Source of the DNA: Micrococcales bacterium
GTDB taxonomy: Bacteria; Actinomycetota; Actinomycetes; Actinomycetales; WQXJ01
Assembly (NCBI GenBank): GCA_009784895.1
Contig: WQXJ01000003.1
Coordinates: forward strand, 17,602-81,601
Length of the DNA: 64,000 nt
Direction of reading: 5' to 3'
Part shown: positions 35,585 through 44,786 of the stretch, piece by piece
How positions within the stretch are numbered: position 1 is the first letter of the stretch
How the letters are laid out: the number at the start of each line of letters is the position of its first letter
Notes under the pieces: model-generated
Databases searched by the model: none
Seen by the model: only the letters and a program-made list of their open reading frames with translations
Told to the model about the DNA's origin: nothing
Position numbers and translations under genes: made by a program

Positions 35585-38380
35585 ATGCGACCTTCGATAC
35601 CCATACCGCTGGGCCGGCGATCGGATCAGCTTGCTCGGCTGGTTGCGATGGCCGGCGTTTTGGTGATGGCGTTTGGCGGCATCGTTCTATGGCCAGACAG
35701 GGCCCAGGCGGCCGAAATCACCATCCTGGTCAACAGCGCCGATTTTGGCGGACCGGACACCGATCCAGGTGACGGCCTCTGCGATACCGGCACCACGGTC
35801 ACGCTAGAAGGCGACACTGTCCCGCGTTGCACACTTCGAGCGGCCCTTGAGGAAGCCAACGCTCTGGCAGATACCAACCAGGTCACCGTCACACTCGACC
35901 CCCGTTGGCCCGGCGGCGCAATTGTGCCCAATGCCACCGTGGCCAACCGGATGGTGCCCGCAGGGGCCACATCGAGCCTAGACACGGGCGCCTACTACCA
36001 CGTCACTGGCCCAATGACGATCGACCTCAACAACGCCCTTTCCCTGATCCCCCCAACCTGGGCGGTCACCACAGGGCTGCTGGTCAGCGGCTCGGATGTG
36101 ACACTGAAGAACTTCACTGACTGGTACACCCAGGGCAGCTCGATCACCGCCGGGGCGACGGCCGAAAACCTCACCATTGACGGCGGGTCCTCGGTCAACA
36201 CCGCCAGCTACTACCCGCGGCGCTTTTTGACCATTCGTGGCGGCGCCAAGAACGTCACGCTAACCAACTACACCGTTGGCGGCTTCTTCCCCGTTGGCAC
36301 CGCCTATGGCTTGATCACCTTTGACAATACTGCGGGAACCACGACCACCAACACAGTCATCGACAACGTCAACTTCCCCAACCCGATAGGTGGGACCTGC
36401 AACTCGTCATCGGGCACCGGCTGCTCCGCCACTGTCATCGCGTCCGCTCATACTGGCCTGTTGGACGGGGTCAAACTGATCAACTCTTCCGTCTCCAACC
36501 TCAACCGGGGCACCACCACCGTCAGCCGGATCATCACATTCGCCTCCGGTTTGGGCCCCATCAACGACTTGGTTGTTTCCGGCAACACCTTCACCGACAA
36601 CGTCATCTTGATCAACAACGCGGACGGCCTGATCGAACTGCCCTACCTGCAGCAATTGGGCGGGGCAAACCGGATAGACAACAACACTTTCACCACGACC
36701 ATTGCCAACCAAGGCATGGTCATTTACTGGTGGGGACCCTATTCAACGGCCGGCAACACCACGGCTTCGAACCTGTGGATCACTGACAACTATTTCGACG
36801 GCTACGGTTCGACCTTTGCCACCGCAGGAGTTGGCGCCACCATCCGCCTCCACAGGTCCGGGATCGTGACCGTGGCCCGCAACACCTTTGGTCCGGCCAC
36901 CAAAAGCCCGTCCACGACCACCACCGAGGAAACCGCCGGCGGCAACGGGTCGTCCACCACCGTCATGTTCAACAACTGGGACACTGCCGCCAACCAGAAA
37001 ATCAACCCCTGGTATCCCACCTCTGCCACGGTGCAAGGCTGCGCCGCGCACGTCGAGGTGGTCCCGCCCAGCGCGGCCTCACCAGGCAGCGTCCTGCCGC
37101 AAACACCAGTCACTTTGGATGCCTATTGGACGGTTGAGCGGACAGCCGAGGTCTTTCTTGGCTCCTACGCCAATGTGACGGATGCCACCGAGCTGAACGT
37201 GCCCTTGCCGGCGGAGGCTATCGCCACAGACGGCACGGTTTCCGGCTATCTCCGCTTCCAGACCCAAGGCGGCGGCAGGGCCCAGCCACAGTCTTCGCAA
37301 TACTCCAGGACCATTGCTTTGGCCGGTACCTGCCAGCCCGCCGCGCTGATTGAGCAGGCCGAAGCCTATGGCGACACCGAATTCCAGGCTGGTGAGACCA
37401 TGACCCGCCAGGTTCAGTTCCGCCTCAGCTTTGACGTCCAACTCGAATCCGGGCCAACCGCGGCGATGTTCTCCTTGGCTGGTTCGACCGCCCCCGGCGC
37501 CCAAGTTGTCTCAGTGGCCAAGCAGCAGGGCGGGCCCCTGAGCCCCAATGATGACTACTACCTGGTGACTTGCCAGGCCAATGATTCCGGCACAATCGAA
37601 CTGTCATTGCCCGCTGGGGTTGTCGCCATGGCCGGCACCGCCATTACCAATCAAGCTTCGACCACCGGCGCCACACCCGATACCGACAACATCATCACCT
37701 TTGCCAATCCACTGGAACCGGCCGACCCAGCCCAGGTCATGACTGATCTGACAATGGCCGGTTCTAGCGCCGGGGCCTACGTCTCAATCCTGAGGCTAAA
37801 AGACGGGGCGCCGCTGCCGGGTGCCAGCGTAACGATCGACATCGGCCTGCCCACCGAGCTAGAAGGTCTGGTCCTGGACCCGGGCCCGGCCTACACCATC
37901 ACGGCAGGCGAGAGTGAATCCGCCGCCGTCACGATCAGCGCCCCGGTGGTCCCAGCCAACCCGACTGACGAATTGGCGCTTACCGTGAGTTCTGCCGACC
38001 CGCAATACGACGGCCTGTTGTTGGCGGCTCAGCCGGTCACCGTGACCACGGTCGACTCCGTCATCTCCGTGGTTAAGCGGGCCTGGATCGATGTGCCGAA
38101 AGGCGCCACTTATGAAGACATCTTGGACGGCAGCGCTGGGGCGGTCGAGGTCGCTGACGGTTCCCGGTTGGCCATTGGCACTCCGCTGTGGTGGACCTAC
38201 ACAGTTACCTACACCGAGCTGGGCACCGCGTCTAGTCGGTTGACGACCCAAAACCTGGGCGTGGGCGACCTGGTGGTGGCCGATTCTGACCCCAAAGTTG
38301 AGGTGATTTGCCCCAGCCCAGCCCCGGTGCTGTTGCCAGGGCAGTCAATGGGCTGCCTGGGCCAGGCGGTGGCCCAATGA
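35585..38380 (+). CDS. Secreted CSLREA-domain, right-handed parallel beta-helix protein
   Basis: 931 aa. Signal/TM segment LVAMAGVLVMAFGGIVLWPDRAQAAE. N-terminal ILVNSADFGGPDTDPGDGLCDTG...PRCTLRAALEEANA resembles the CSLREA motif. It is followed by PbH1-like repeats (NLTIDGG, NVTLTNYTVGG, INSSVSNL, VSGNTFTDN, IDNNTFT, ITDNYFDG). Confidence 0.6.
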   Translation: MRPSIPIPLGRRSDQLARLVAMAGVLVMAFGGIVLWPDRAQAAEITILVNSADFGGPDTDPGDGLCDTGTTVTLEGDTVPRCTLRAALEEANALADTNQVTVTLDPRWPGGAIVPNATVANRMVPAGATSSLDTGAYYHVTGPMTIDLNNALSLIPPTWAVTTGLLVSGSDVTLKNFTDWYTQGSSITAGATAENLTIDGGSSVNTASYYPRRFLTIRGGAKNVTLTNYTVGGFFPVGTAYGLITFDNTAGTTTTNTVIDNVNFPNPIGGTCNSSSGTGCSATVIASAHTGLLDGVKLINSSVSNLNRGTTTVSRIITFASGLGPINDLVVSGNTFTDNVILINNADGLIELPYLQQLGGANRIDNNTFTTTIANQGMVIYWWGPYSTAGNTTASNLWITDNYFDGYGSTFATAGVGATIRLHRSGIVTVARNTFGPATKSPSTTTTEETAGGNGSSTTVMFNNWDTAANQKINPWYPTSATVQGCAAHVEVVPPSAASPGSVLPQTPVTLDAYWTVERTAEVFLGSYANVTDATELNVPLPAEAIATDGTVSGYLRFQTQGGGRAQPQSSQYSRTIALAGTCQPAALIEQAEAYGDTEFQAGETMTRQVQFRLSFDVQLESGPTAAMFSLAGSTAPGAQVVSVAKQQGGPLSPNDDYYLVTCQANDSGTIELSLPAGVVAMAGTAITNQASTTGATPDTDNIITFANPLEPADPAQVMTDLTMAGSSAGAYVSILRLKDGAPLPGASVTIDIGLPTELEGLVLDPGPAYTITAGESESAAVTISAPVVPANPTDELALTVSSADPQYDGLLLAAQPVTVTTVDSVISVVKRAWIDVPKGATYEDILDGSAGAVEVADGSRLAIGTPLWWTYTVTYTELGTASSRLTTQNLGVGDLVVADSDPKVEVICPSPAPVLLPGQSMGCLGQAVAQ

Positions 38381-39018
38381 GACAGTTAGTGCACCACCAG
38401 CCCAGCCGCCGGGCCGAGGCGCGCCGCTGGGGCCGCTCAGTCCTGGCCGCGATGCTGGCGTTGGCTTTGGCTTGTTTGTTGGGCGGTAGCGCTCGTGCCT
38501 GGTGGACCAACCAGGCCAGTCACGAAATCGTTATTACCGGCGGCAGCTTCAACCTGACTCTGGGGGAATTGTCCTGGACCAGCCCAACTGCTGGGCTGCA
38601 AGGCGCGGACCAGGAATCCTTGGCCCAATTCGTCGCCAGCCCGGGTGACATGCTGGTCATAACCCAGGCCTTCACCGGCACCTTCTCTGGCTCCAACTTG
38701 GCTGTTTGGATTGAGCTCGACTGGAGCGAATTGCCCGATGCCGTCGGCTCGACCTGGCATTTGGAAAGTGCCAGTGGGGTGGAGGTTGCCCCCGCTAGTG
38801 GCGAAGCCACTATGGGCCAGGCCCTGACCGTAGCTGATCTGGTCAACCCAGAACCGACCGAATGGCGGGTGGTTGTGACTGTGACGTTCCCTGAAGGCGA
38901 CCCGCTTTATCTTGACCCGACCAAACCCGGCGGCCTGACGCTTGCAACCAGCTTTGGCCAGTTGAAGCTGGCAGCCCACCAGACCCGGGAAGGGCAGGGG
39001 TTCATCGATGGACACTGA
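38377..39018 (+). CDS. Secreted protein with alternate-type (SipW/TasA-class) signal peptide
   Basis: Start at the ATG at 38377, in an ATGA overlap with the upstream stop. MRQLVHHQPSRRAEARRWGRSVLAAMLALALACLLGGSARAWWTNQAS, then a beta-rich body. Confidence 0.5.
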   Translation: MRQLVHHQPSRRAEARRWGRSVLAAMLALALACLLGGSARAWWTNQASHEIVITGGSFNLTLGELSWTSPTAGLQGADQESLAQFVASPGDMLVITQAFTGTFSGSNLAVWIELDWSELPDAVGSTWHLESASGVEVAPASGEATMGQALTVADLVNPEPTEWRVVVTVTFPEGDPLYLDPTKPGGLTLATSFGQLKLAAHQTREGQGFIDGH

Positions 39019-39796
39019 GATAGAGCCATCTGGGCGATCTGGTCCCGCCCACCGGGCCTCGGGTCGTCCACCTCACCCCGGCCGGGTTACCCGCTGGCAG
39101 CGCCGCCTCGCGGCTGGGCTGCTGGCTGTTTTGCTTGGCTGGTTTTCCCAATGGTCTTTGGCTCTGTGGTCGGCTCAGGGCACGGCCGCTGGTCTTGGTG
39201 TGACACCGGCCACGGTTGGTTTCGCCGTCACTTTTGATGGCCAGACGGACGTTGCCACCGGCTCTGACGGGACCGACGCGAGTGTCGGTTTCACCCTTGG
39301 CCCAGATGAGGCCACCGCCTTGATGGCCGCCCCTGATCAGGTCTTGGCTCTGCCCTTTGACGTTGACCTGGCCGTTTCGGGCAAATACGGCATGACATTC
39401 GACATGACCCTGCCGGTGGGCGGACCTGACACCGTGCTGGGCTTGGCGACTTGGACCGCCTTTCAGGTGGGGGCCGCCGGCTGCACCGTCGAGGCGGCCG
39501 AGGACCCGGCCACTCCGCCTGTCGACGCGGACGGCCAGATCATTGGGGTCGAAGCGTCAGCCGTGGCTAGGCCCGCAGGCACCACGGTCAACCAGCCCTG
39601 GTGCCTAGTTTTGGAATACTCGCCCTCGCCCTATCACAACACCGTGACCGTGACCGGCTCCAATGCCCTTGGCACCGAGCTTGATCCGGCCACCGGCAGC
39701 TGGACGGCCGGTTTCGATCCGGATCCGGCCGGCCAGCCGGTTTTGGCGGTCAAACTGACACACCAGCTAACTCAACCTGCGGAGGAAGTTGGCTAA
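39008..39796 (+). CDS. Second secreted protein with alternate-type (SipW/TasA-class) signal peptide
   Basis: 262 aa. RRLAAGLLAVLLGWFSQWSLALWSAQGTAAG has the (A)LWS(A/D) hallmark. 11-nt overlap with the upstream gene. Confidence 0.5.
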   Translation: MDTEIEPSGRSGPAHRASGRPPHPGRVTRWQRRLAAGLLAVLLGWFSQWSLALWSAQGTAAGLGVTPATVGFAVTFDGQTDVATGSDGTDASVGFTLGPDEATALMAAPDQVLALPFDVDLAVSGKYGMTFDMTLPVGGPDTVLGLATWTAFQVGAAGCTVEAAEDPATPPVDADGQIIGVEASAVARPAGTTVNQPWCLVLEYSPSPYHNTVTVTGSNALGTELDPATGSWTAGFDPDPAGQPVLAVKLTHQLTQPAEEVG

Positions 39797-39877
39797 ATCA
39801 CATCAGTGTGATTTGCAGTCCGACACTCCGGCCCGGGTCCGCCTTGGGGGCCATCTGGGCCTCTACCTTGGGGTCAC

Positions 39878-41149
39878 ATGGCCGAATCGATGCCCACAGC
39901 ACCCGCCGCTATTGCGGTTCTGCTGCTTTGCCTTGGCTACCTGATGCCCCATGTTGCCCGCCGGCGTCACCAGGCGTCGCAGGTGCCAACGGAGGACAGG
40001 TTTTCTGAGGCAGCCAGGCTAATCGAGCCGGTCCGGACGGACGAGCCGGCCAACAAGTCGTCGCGGGCTCTACTGTCACCACCTACCAGCGCCGAGACTT
40101 CAAGGAAAAGGGAAATGAACAGGCCGCCAACTCGCCAGGGCCTACCCGGTAGGCCACCTGTCCCCGGCAGGGAGCCGGTTGAGACACCGACCAGCACACC
40201 GCCGGTCGTCACGGCTCGCAAGCCGGCACTAAGCCCGGTCGCGCGCCAGGCCCGGGCGGCCCAGATTCGTGGCGTTATCGCTGCGACGATGACGGCGCTG
40301 ACCCTGGTGGGCGTGGTGCTGAGCTTCTTCTGGCTGCCCTGGTGGGCACCACTACTGACCGCCCTGGCGCTGGTGGGTGTGATGATTTCAGGACGCCGGG
40401 CGGCGGTGGCCGGAATTCGTTCGCCTGCCACTGCCATGGCTGGGCAGGCGGCTATTGCCGGGCCAGGTTCATCACCGGTCGCTGCCAGGGGGGCCAAGGC
40501 TGAAGCGGCCGCGCCAACCGAACTGGCCACTGAGGTAGAGCCCAAGGCGGCCGAGGCCGCCACAGCGGCAGCCTGGCAGGCATCGGAGCGAATGGTCGAG
40601 GCCCGGCCGGGCCGGCTGGGCAAACGCCGTCCTGGCGTCTCCGGCCGGATCACACCTGGTCAACACGATTTCGCCATGCCGGCGCCGCTGGTAATCACCG
40701 AGGTCGACCTGGGCATTGTGACGACCAAGGGCAATGACACTGACACCGAGGTGTTGCCGGCCGCCGCTGAGGTTGCCCCCAGCGTTGCTGCCCCAAAGGC
40801 CACCAAAGACCGGGCCAAGACCAAAGCCAAGGCCGACTTGCCGGCATCGGGCAAAAAGGCCAAGACTGCCGGCTCAAAGAGCTGGACGCCCACAGCCGTA
40901 CCGCCGCCTTCCTACACGCTGAGCGCACCGGCGGCCGGCTGGGAGCCCCGAGCCTTGACCGAGGACGATTTCGCCAAGGCCTCACAGGCGGCCATGCGAG
41001 CCACCGAGCAGGCCACGGCCGAGGCCCTGGCCGTTGGGGTCGAGGGCCCGGTTACCGCCACGCGCGGTCTGCCGGCCAGGCAGATCTTTGCTGATAAGGG
41101 CATCGATCTGGACCGGGCCCTGGAGAAGCGGCGCACCGCCAACGAGTAG
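39878..41149 (+). CDS. Ala/Pro-rich membrane protein of unknown function
   Basis: 423 aa. N-terminal TM helix (AAIAVLLLCLGYLMPHV) and a central double TM (MTALTLVGVVLSFFWLPWWAPLLTALALVGVMI). No recognisable domain. A long antisense ORF (39967..40653) makes the call less certain. Confidence 0.45.
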   Translation: MAESMPTAPAAIAVLLLCLGYLMPHVARRRHQASQVPTEDRFSEAARLIEPVRTDEPANKSSRALLSPPTSAETSRKREMNRPPTRQGLPGRPPVPGREPVETPTSTPPVVTARKPALSPVARQARAAQIRGVIAATMTALTLVGVVLSFFWLPWWAPLLTALALVGVMISGRRAAVAGIRSPATAMAGQAAIAGPGSSPVAARGAKAEAAAPTELATEVEPKAAEAATAAAWQASERMVEARPGRLGKRRPGVSGRITPGQHDFAMPAPLVITEVDLGIVTTKGNDTDTEVLPAAAEVAPSVAAPKATKDRAKTKAKADLPASGKKAKTAGSKSWTPTAVPPPSYTLSAPAAGWEPRALTEDDFAKASQAAMRATEQATAEALAVGVEGPVTATRGLPARQIFADKGIDLDRALEKRRTANE

Positions 41150-41165
41150 CTCCTCTGCCTGCGAC

Positions 41166-41207
41166 CGAGTAAACTCGTCGCCCGTGGCTCGCTCACTGCG
41201 GGGCTGT
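41166..41207 (+). repeat. 42-nt direct repeat, copy 1 (matches 41334-41375, which includes the first 8 nt of tRNA-Ala)
   Basis: CGAGTAAACTCGTCGC(C/G)CGTGGCTCGCTCACTGCGGGGCTGT; 41/42 identical between the copies. Confidence 0.9.
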
Positions 41208-41367
41208 GTAACCACAGTGAACGAGTGAGGTCAAGCGCTAGCCCGAAGGGGTTTGCGCTTGTGCCGAGCGAGGAGCTGTCGACGAGTCCGCAGGACGAGG
41301 AATACAGCTCCTTGATCGCTCGCTACGCACAATCGAGTAAACTCGTCGCGCGTGGCTCGCTCACTGC

Positions 41368-41440
41368 GGGGCTGTAGCGCAATTGGTAGCGCACCTCGGT
41401 CGCATCGAGGGGGTTGGGAGTTCGAGTCTCCTCAGCTCCA
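41368..41440 (+). tRNA. tRNA-Ala (anticodon CGC)
   Basis: Hand fold: acceptor GGGGCTG/CAGCTCC with the G3:U70 alanine identity pair, D-arm GCGC-AATTGGTA-GCGC, anticodon arm CCTCG-GTCGCAT-CGAGG, T-arm GGGAG-TTCGAGT-CTCCT. 73 nt, CCA not encoded. Confidence 0.92.
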
Positions 41441-41507
41441 CTATCGCCTTGGCATGACTTCTGGACATATTATCGATAGTAGGAAACGAAAAAGGAGAAA
41501 ACTGTAA

Positions 41508-42101
41508 ATGAGAAAGATAGCCTCGTCGCCATTGGTATTAGTTTTGTCTTTTGGCCTGGCCCTTGTAGCCGGATGCGGTAGTGGCACTGGTGACAATGAA
41601 GTCACCAGCGGTGGCGACAAAAGCAACGACAAGGAAAGTACGGATACAGCAGCAGAAACTCCACCGCAAAACCAGTTGATCTTGACCGAGCCGCTTGAGC
41701 CAGTAGAAGGCCCCGGCACCGTTGTTCAAGAAAGACTTGACGTGACCATAAACGTTGATGTACCTGCCGGCTGGACCGCCTATCTCGATTCGCAGGCAGA
41801 GGATCTCTACATCCTTGACGGCCCGAAACCAACTGATGATGCCAGGTACCAAGGTATTACCATAGGAATCAAGCTGAGCAGTACTGATGTCTTTTTCACG
41901 CCAAGTGATGCTACTCCTATCGACAGCCAAACCATTGGAGGCATTGAAATGGAAGGTCACTTCGTGGTTTTCGGGGACGACATAAACAACTACATTGGCC
42001 AGACAAGTGACGGGCTTTGGGTAAATGTTTTTGTCGCCAATTCGGATCTAAGCAACACCGAAGCTGCAGCTATTGTTGACAGCATTAAGTTCATTTACTA
42101 G
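41508..42101 (+). CDS. Lipoprotein of unknown function (low-GC gene)
   Basis: 197 aa. Lipobox in MRKIASSPLVLVLSFGLALVAGCGSG. AAGGAG RBS 8 nt upstream. About 50% GC in the five 60-nt lines I counted by hand, clearly below the flanking genes. Confidence 0.7.
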   Translation: MRKIASSPLVLVLSFGLALVAGCGSGTGDNEVTSGGDKSNDKESTDTAAETPPQNQLILTEPLEPVEGPGTVVQERLDVTINVDVPAGWTAYLDSQAEDLYILDGPKPTDDARYQGITIGIKLSSTDVFFTPSDATPIDSQTIGGIEMEGHFVVFGDDINNYIGQTSDGLWVNVFVANSDLSNTEAAAIVDSIKFIY

Positions 42102-42670
42102 CTGTGGCCACCCAATTGCCAGATCCAAGATCCAGTTTTTGGGCAAATGTGGTTCTAACGTGGATGGTAGCCCAAACGCCATCGCGCCGGGTGTTCGGTG
42201 TCCCAGGACACCGGTTGCCTACGTTGGAGGCATACCGAACTACAGCACCTTCTGCTCCGCCCCCGAAGGCCGCTAGCTAGATAGGCGCATTGGCCAGCCC
42301 GGAGCCAAGGCGGACACAGAGGCGAACAGCGCCGAACATCGCGCGTTCGAAGTTTCAGCCCTTTGCTGCCCTGTCGACGGGCCGGTACCTGTCCACGGCC
42401 GGCCAGGAGGAAGGCGACCTCGAATCGGCCACAGTTGGCCAGTCGCAAACAACCCAAGTGACCCTTCGGGTTCGACCTGGCTTTGTCCAAGGGCGCCCAG
42501 ATCAGGGCCGCCACTTCCTAGCCAACAACAATTAGTCCTGATAACGTCATGCAGGTAGAAAATGGGTAAGCGAATACCGCCAGCGCCGCCGGCAATACGA
42601 TCTCCTGAGTCAGCAGCGCCCGGGTTCGAGTTCCTGATCATTTGTAACCGCTCAGAGAGAGTCCGACCAC

Positions 42671-44602
42671 ATGAGTCAGCAACCAGGTCCGCCGACACCG
42701 CAAGACCCGCCGCCTGACGGACAGGCACCGCCGCAGCCTCAGCCGCCAGCGCAGCCGCAATACCAGCAGCCTCAGCCGCCAGCGCAGCAACCTCCAGCAC
42801 AGCCTCAGCCGCCAGCGCAACCGCCAGCGCAACCGCAGTATCAACAGCCTGAGGCGACGCAACCTCAGCCGCCGGCACAGCCGCAATACCAGCAGCCTCA
42901 GCCGCCAGCGCAGCAGCAGTATCAACCGCCTGAGGCGACGCAGCCTCAGCCGCCGGCACCGGGGTACCAACAGACCACTCCCCAGCCGACCCAGTATCCC
43001 CAGTCGATGCAGGTTCCGCCGGTGGGGCCACCGCCGGAGAAACCAAAGAGCAAAAAGACAATGATCATCGCGATCATCGTGGTGCTGGTCCTGGCCCTTG
43101 GTGGGGCCGGTGCCTTCTTCCTGCTAAAAGGTGGGGGCAAAGGCTCCGATGGCAAGGGAAGCGCAGCAGTGTCCTCATACGAGGACGCCAAGGAGGCCGT
43201 CGTCTACATCCGAGCAAAGGGCGCCATCCGCGATCCTGAAGTTGGAGATACCACCGTTTCAGGTTCTGGTAGCGGGTTTGTCATCAGCCCCGACGGCCTG
43301 GTTGTGACCAACAACCACGTCGTCACTGGTGCCGCGACGCTTGAAATATGGGTTGGAGGCGACTACGACAAGACCTGGAACGCCACGGTTCTCGGGGTGT
43401 CTGAATGCAACGACTTGGCTGTACTTCAACTTTCCGGGGCCTCGAACATGGCGTACCTCGACTTCTACAAAGGCGAAATCAAGGTCGGCATGGACATTTG
43501 GGTGGCCGGCTTCCCATTGGGTGACAAGGAATACTCGTTGACCAAAGGCATTGTCAACAAAGCCAATGCCGACGGTGACATCACCGGGACTTCGTCGATT
43601 GACCACACCATTGAGCACGACGCGACCAGCCAGCCGGGTAACTCCGGAGGTCCTTTGCTCAACGAGAACGGCCAGGTTGTCGGCATCCACTACGCAGGTT
43701 GGGAGACCAGCGCGGGTGAACGGCTGCACTATGCCATTGCGGCTGATCTGGCAGTGCCAGTTGTCGACACCCTCAAGGGTGGCGATTTCGAGTCGATTGG
43801 CGTCAACGGTTTCGCGATCGATGATGACGAAAGTGGCCTGGTTGGTATCTGGGTTTCTGGTGTAGCACCTGGTTCACCAGCGGCCAAGGTCGGCATTCTG
43901 GCTGGCGACATCATCACAACCATGAACGGCTTGCCTGTTGGCCAGAATCGGAATTTCAGTGGCTACTGCAATGTCATCCGCACGGCCGGTCAGGCCCCAA
44001 TCTCAGTCGAAGTGTTGCGGTTCGACACCTCGGAGATGCTCAGAGGAGAGATCAACGGCGACAAGGTGCTGGAGCAAACCGTTTCCTTCCGCCAGGAGAT
44101 TGAAGATCAGACCGGTGGCGGTGGCGTTGGTGGCGGTGGCGCCGACTACACCTACGAAATGGTGGTAGACGATACCGGCGTTCTCCAGGTTGAGGTCCCA
44201 GTGCAGTGGTCGTCACGCGACACCGCGCCAATCCAGGGTGACACACCGACGCCGGCCATCACTGCATCACCGAATATCAACAGCTATGACACCGGTTGGA
44301 ACACCCCTGGTGTGACGATCCTCCGGATACCTGAGATCCCCAGTAGCGATGATGTGCTGTCCGCCTTTGGCTCCACATTTGCCTCTGGGTGCACAGTCGG
44401 TGAGATTTCCGACTACGCCGATGGGATGTACACCGGTAGATTCCAGGTCTACAGCGACTGTGGCGGGACCGACACAGTCGGTGTGGTTTTGGTTACATCT
44501 GCAGACGCCGGCGGCCACGGGATAGTCCTGGTTGCCCAGGTACTGACCGAGGCAGACGTAGGCGCGCTCCAGCATGCGTTTGAAACGTTTATGGCCAAAT
44601 AG
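42671..44602 (+). CDS. Membrane-anchored trypsin-like serine protease (S1C/HtrA-like) with a PDZ domain and a Pro/Gln-rich repeat N-terminus
   Basis: 643 aa. PQ-rich repeats, then a TM helix ([21 protein letters not shown]), [19 protein letters not shown] (His), NDLAVLQL (Asp), [13 protein letters not shown] (Ser), and a PDZ-like segment [29 protein letters not shown]. Confidence 0.85.
   Translation: MSQQPGPPTPQDPPPDGQAPPQPQPPAQPQYQQPQPPAQQPPAQPQPPAQPPAQPQYQQPEATQPQPPAQPQYQQPQPPAQQQYQPPEATQPQPPAPGYQQTTPQPTQYPQSMQVPPVGPPPEKPKSKKTMIIAIIVVLVLALGGAGAFFLLKGGGKGSDGKGSAAVSSYEDAKEAVVYIRAKGAIRDPEVGDTTVSGSGSGFVISPDGLVVTNNHVVTGAATLEIWVGGDYDKTWNATVLGVSECNDLAVLQLSGASNMAYLDFYKGEIKVGMDIWVAGFPLGDKEYSLTKGIVNKANADGDITGTSSIDHTIEHDATSQPGNSGGPLLNENGQVVGIHYAGWETSAGERLHYAIAADLAVPVVDTLKGGDFESIGVNGFAIDDDESGLVGIWVSGVAPGSPAAKVGILAGDIITTMNGLPVGQNRNFSGYCNVIRTAGQAPISVEVLRFDTSEMLRGEINGDKVLEQTVSFRQEIEDQTGGGGVGGGGADYTYEMVVDDTGVLQVEVPVQWSSRDTAPIQGDTPTPAITASPNINSYDTGWNTPGVTILRIPEIPSSDDVLSAFGSTFASGCTVGEISDYADGMYTGRFQVYSDCGGTDTVGVVLVTSADAGGHGIVLVAQVLTEADVGALQHAFETFMAK
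42700..42960 (+). repeat. Imperfect tandem coding repeats ([12 protein letters not shown](EAT) units) in the protease N-terminus
   Basis: Recurrent CCTCAGCCGCCAGCGCAG and CCTGAGGCGACGCA(A/G)CCTCAGCCGCCGGCAC blocks read directly. Confidence 0.8.
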
Positions 44603-44616
44603 TCCAAATACGGTAG

Positions 44617-44659
44617 CCGGCCTCCGCCCAGATACTGGGTGGGGGCCGGTTCGTTTTTT
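44617..44659 (+). terminator. Rho-independent terminator after the protease gene
   Basis: 15-bp stem CCGGCCTCCGCCCAG / CTGGGTGGGGGCCGG (two G:U pairs), a 3-nt loop, then TTCGTTTTTT. It starts 15 nt after the stop codon. Confidence 0.8.
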
Positions 44660-44786
44660 GGCTGCTGGCGGCGGGCCCGGCCAGCAAAAGCTCTTCGGTC
44701 CTCTGGGCCACAACCAGGTGGTGGCCAACGGTGCCTTCGGGCCCCTGCCCAGGTTGTCCTCCTGCCAGGGCGTTACACTGGCGCTC

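Noticed and set aside
35585-41149. A SipW-type signal peptidase or sortase gene that would complete a TasA-like fibre or pilus operon.
   Set aside because: None of the ORFs in or around the cluster shows signal-peptidase (S26) or sortase motifs. The fourth gene (39878-41149) is an Ala/Pro-rich membrane protein with no recognisable catalytic residues.
42102-42670. An integrase, transposase or recombinase (or pseudogene fragments) at the island ends, for example ORFs 42155..42514(-) and 54698..55240(+).
   Set aside because: Translations in all frames that I inspected show no tyrosine- or serine-recombinase or DDE motifs. The ORFs have non-coding-like composition, so the island hypothesis stays without a mobility gene.
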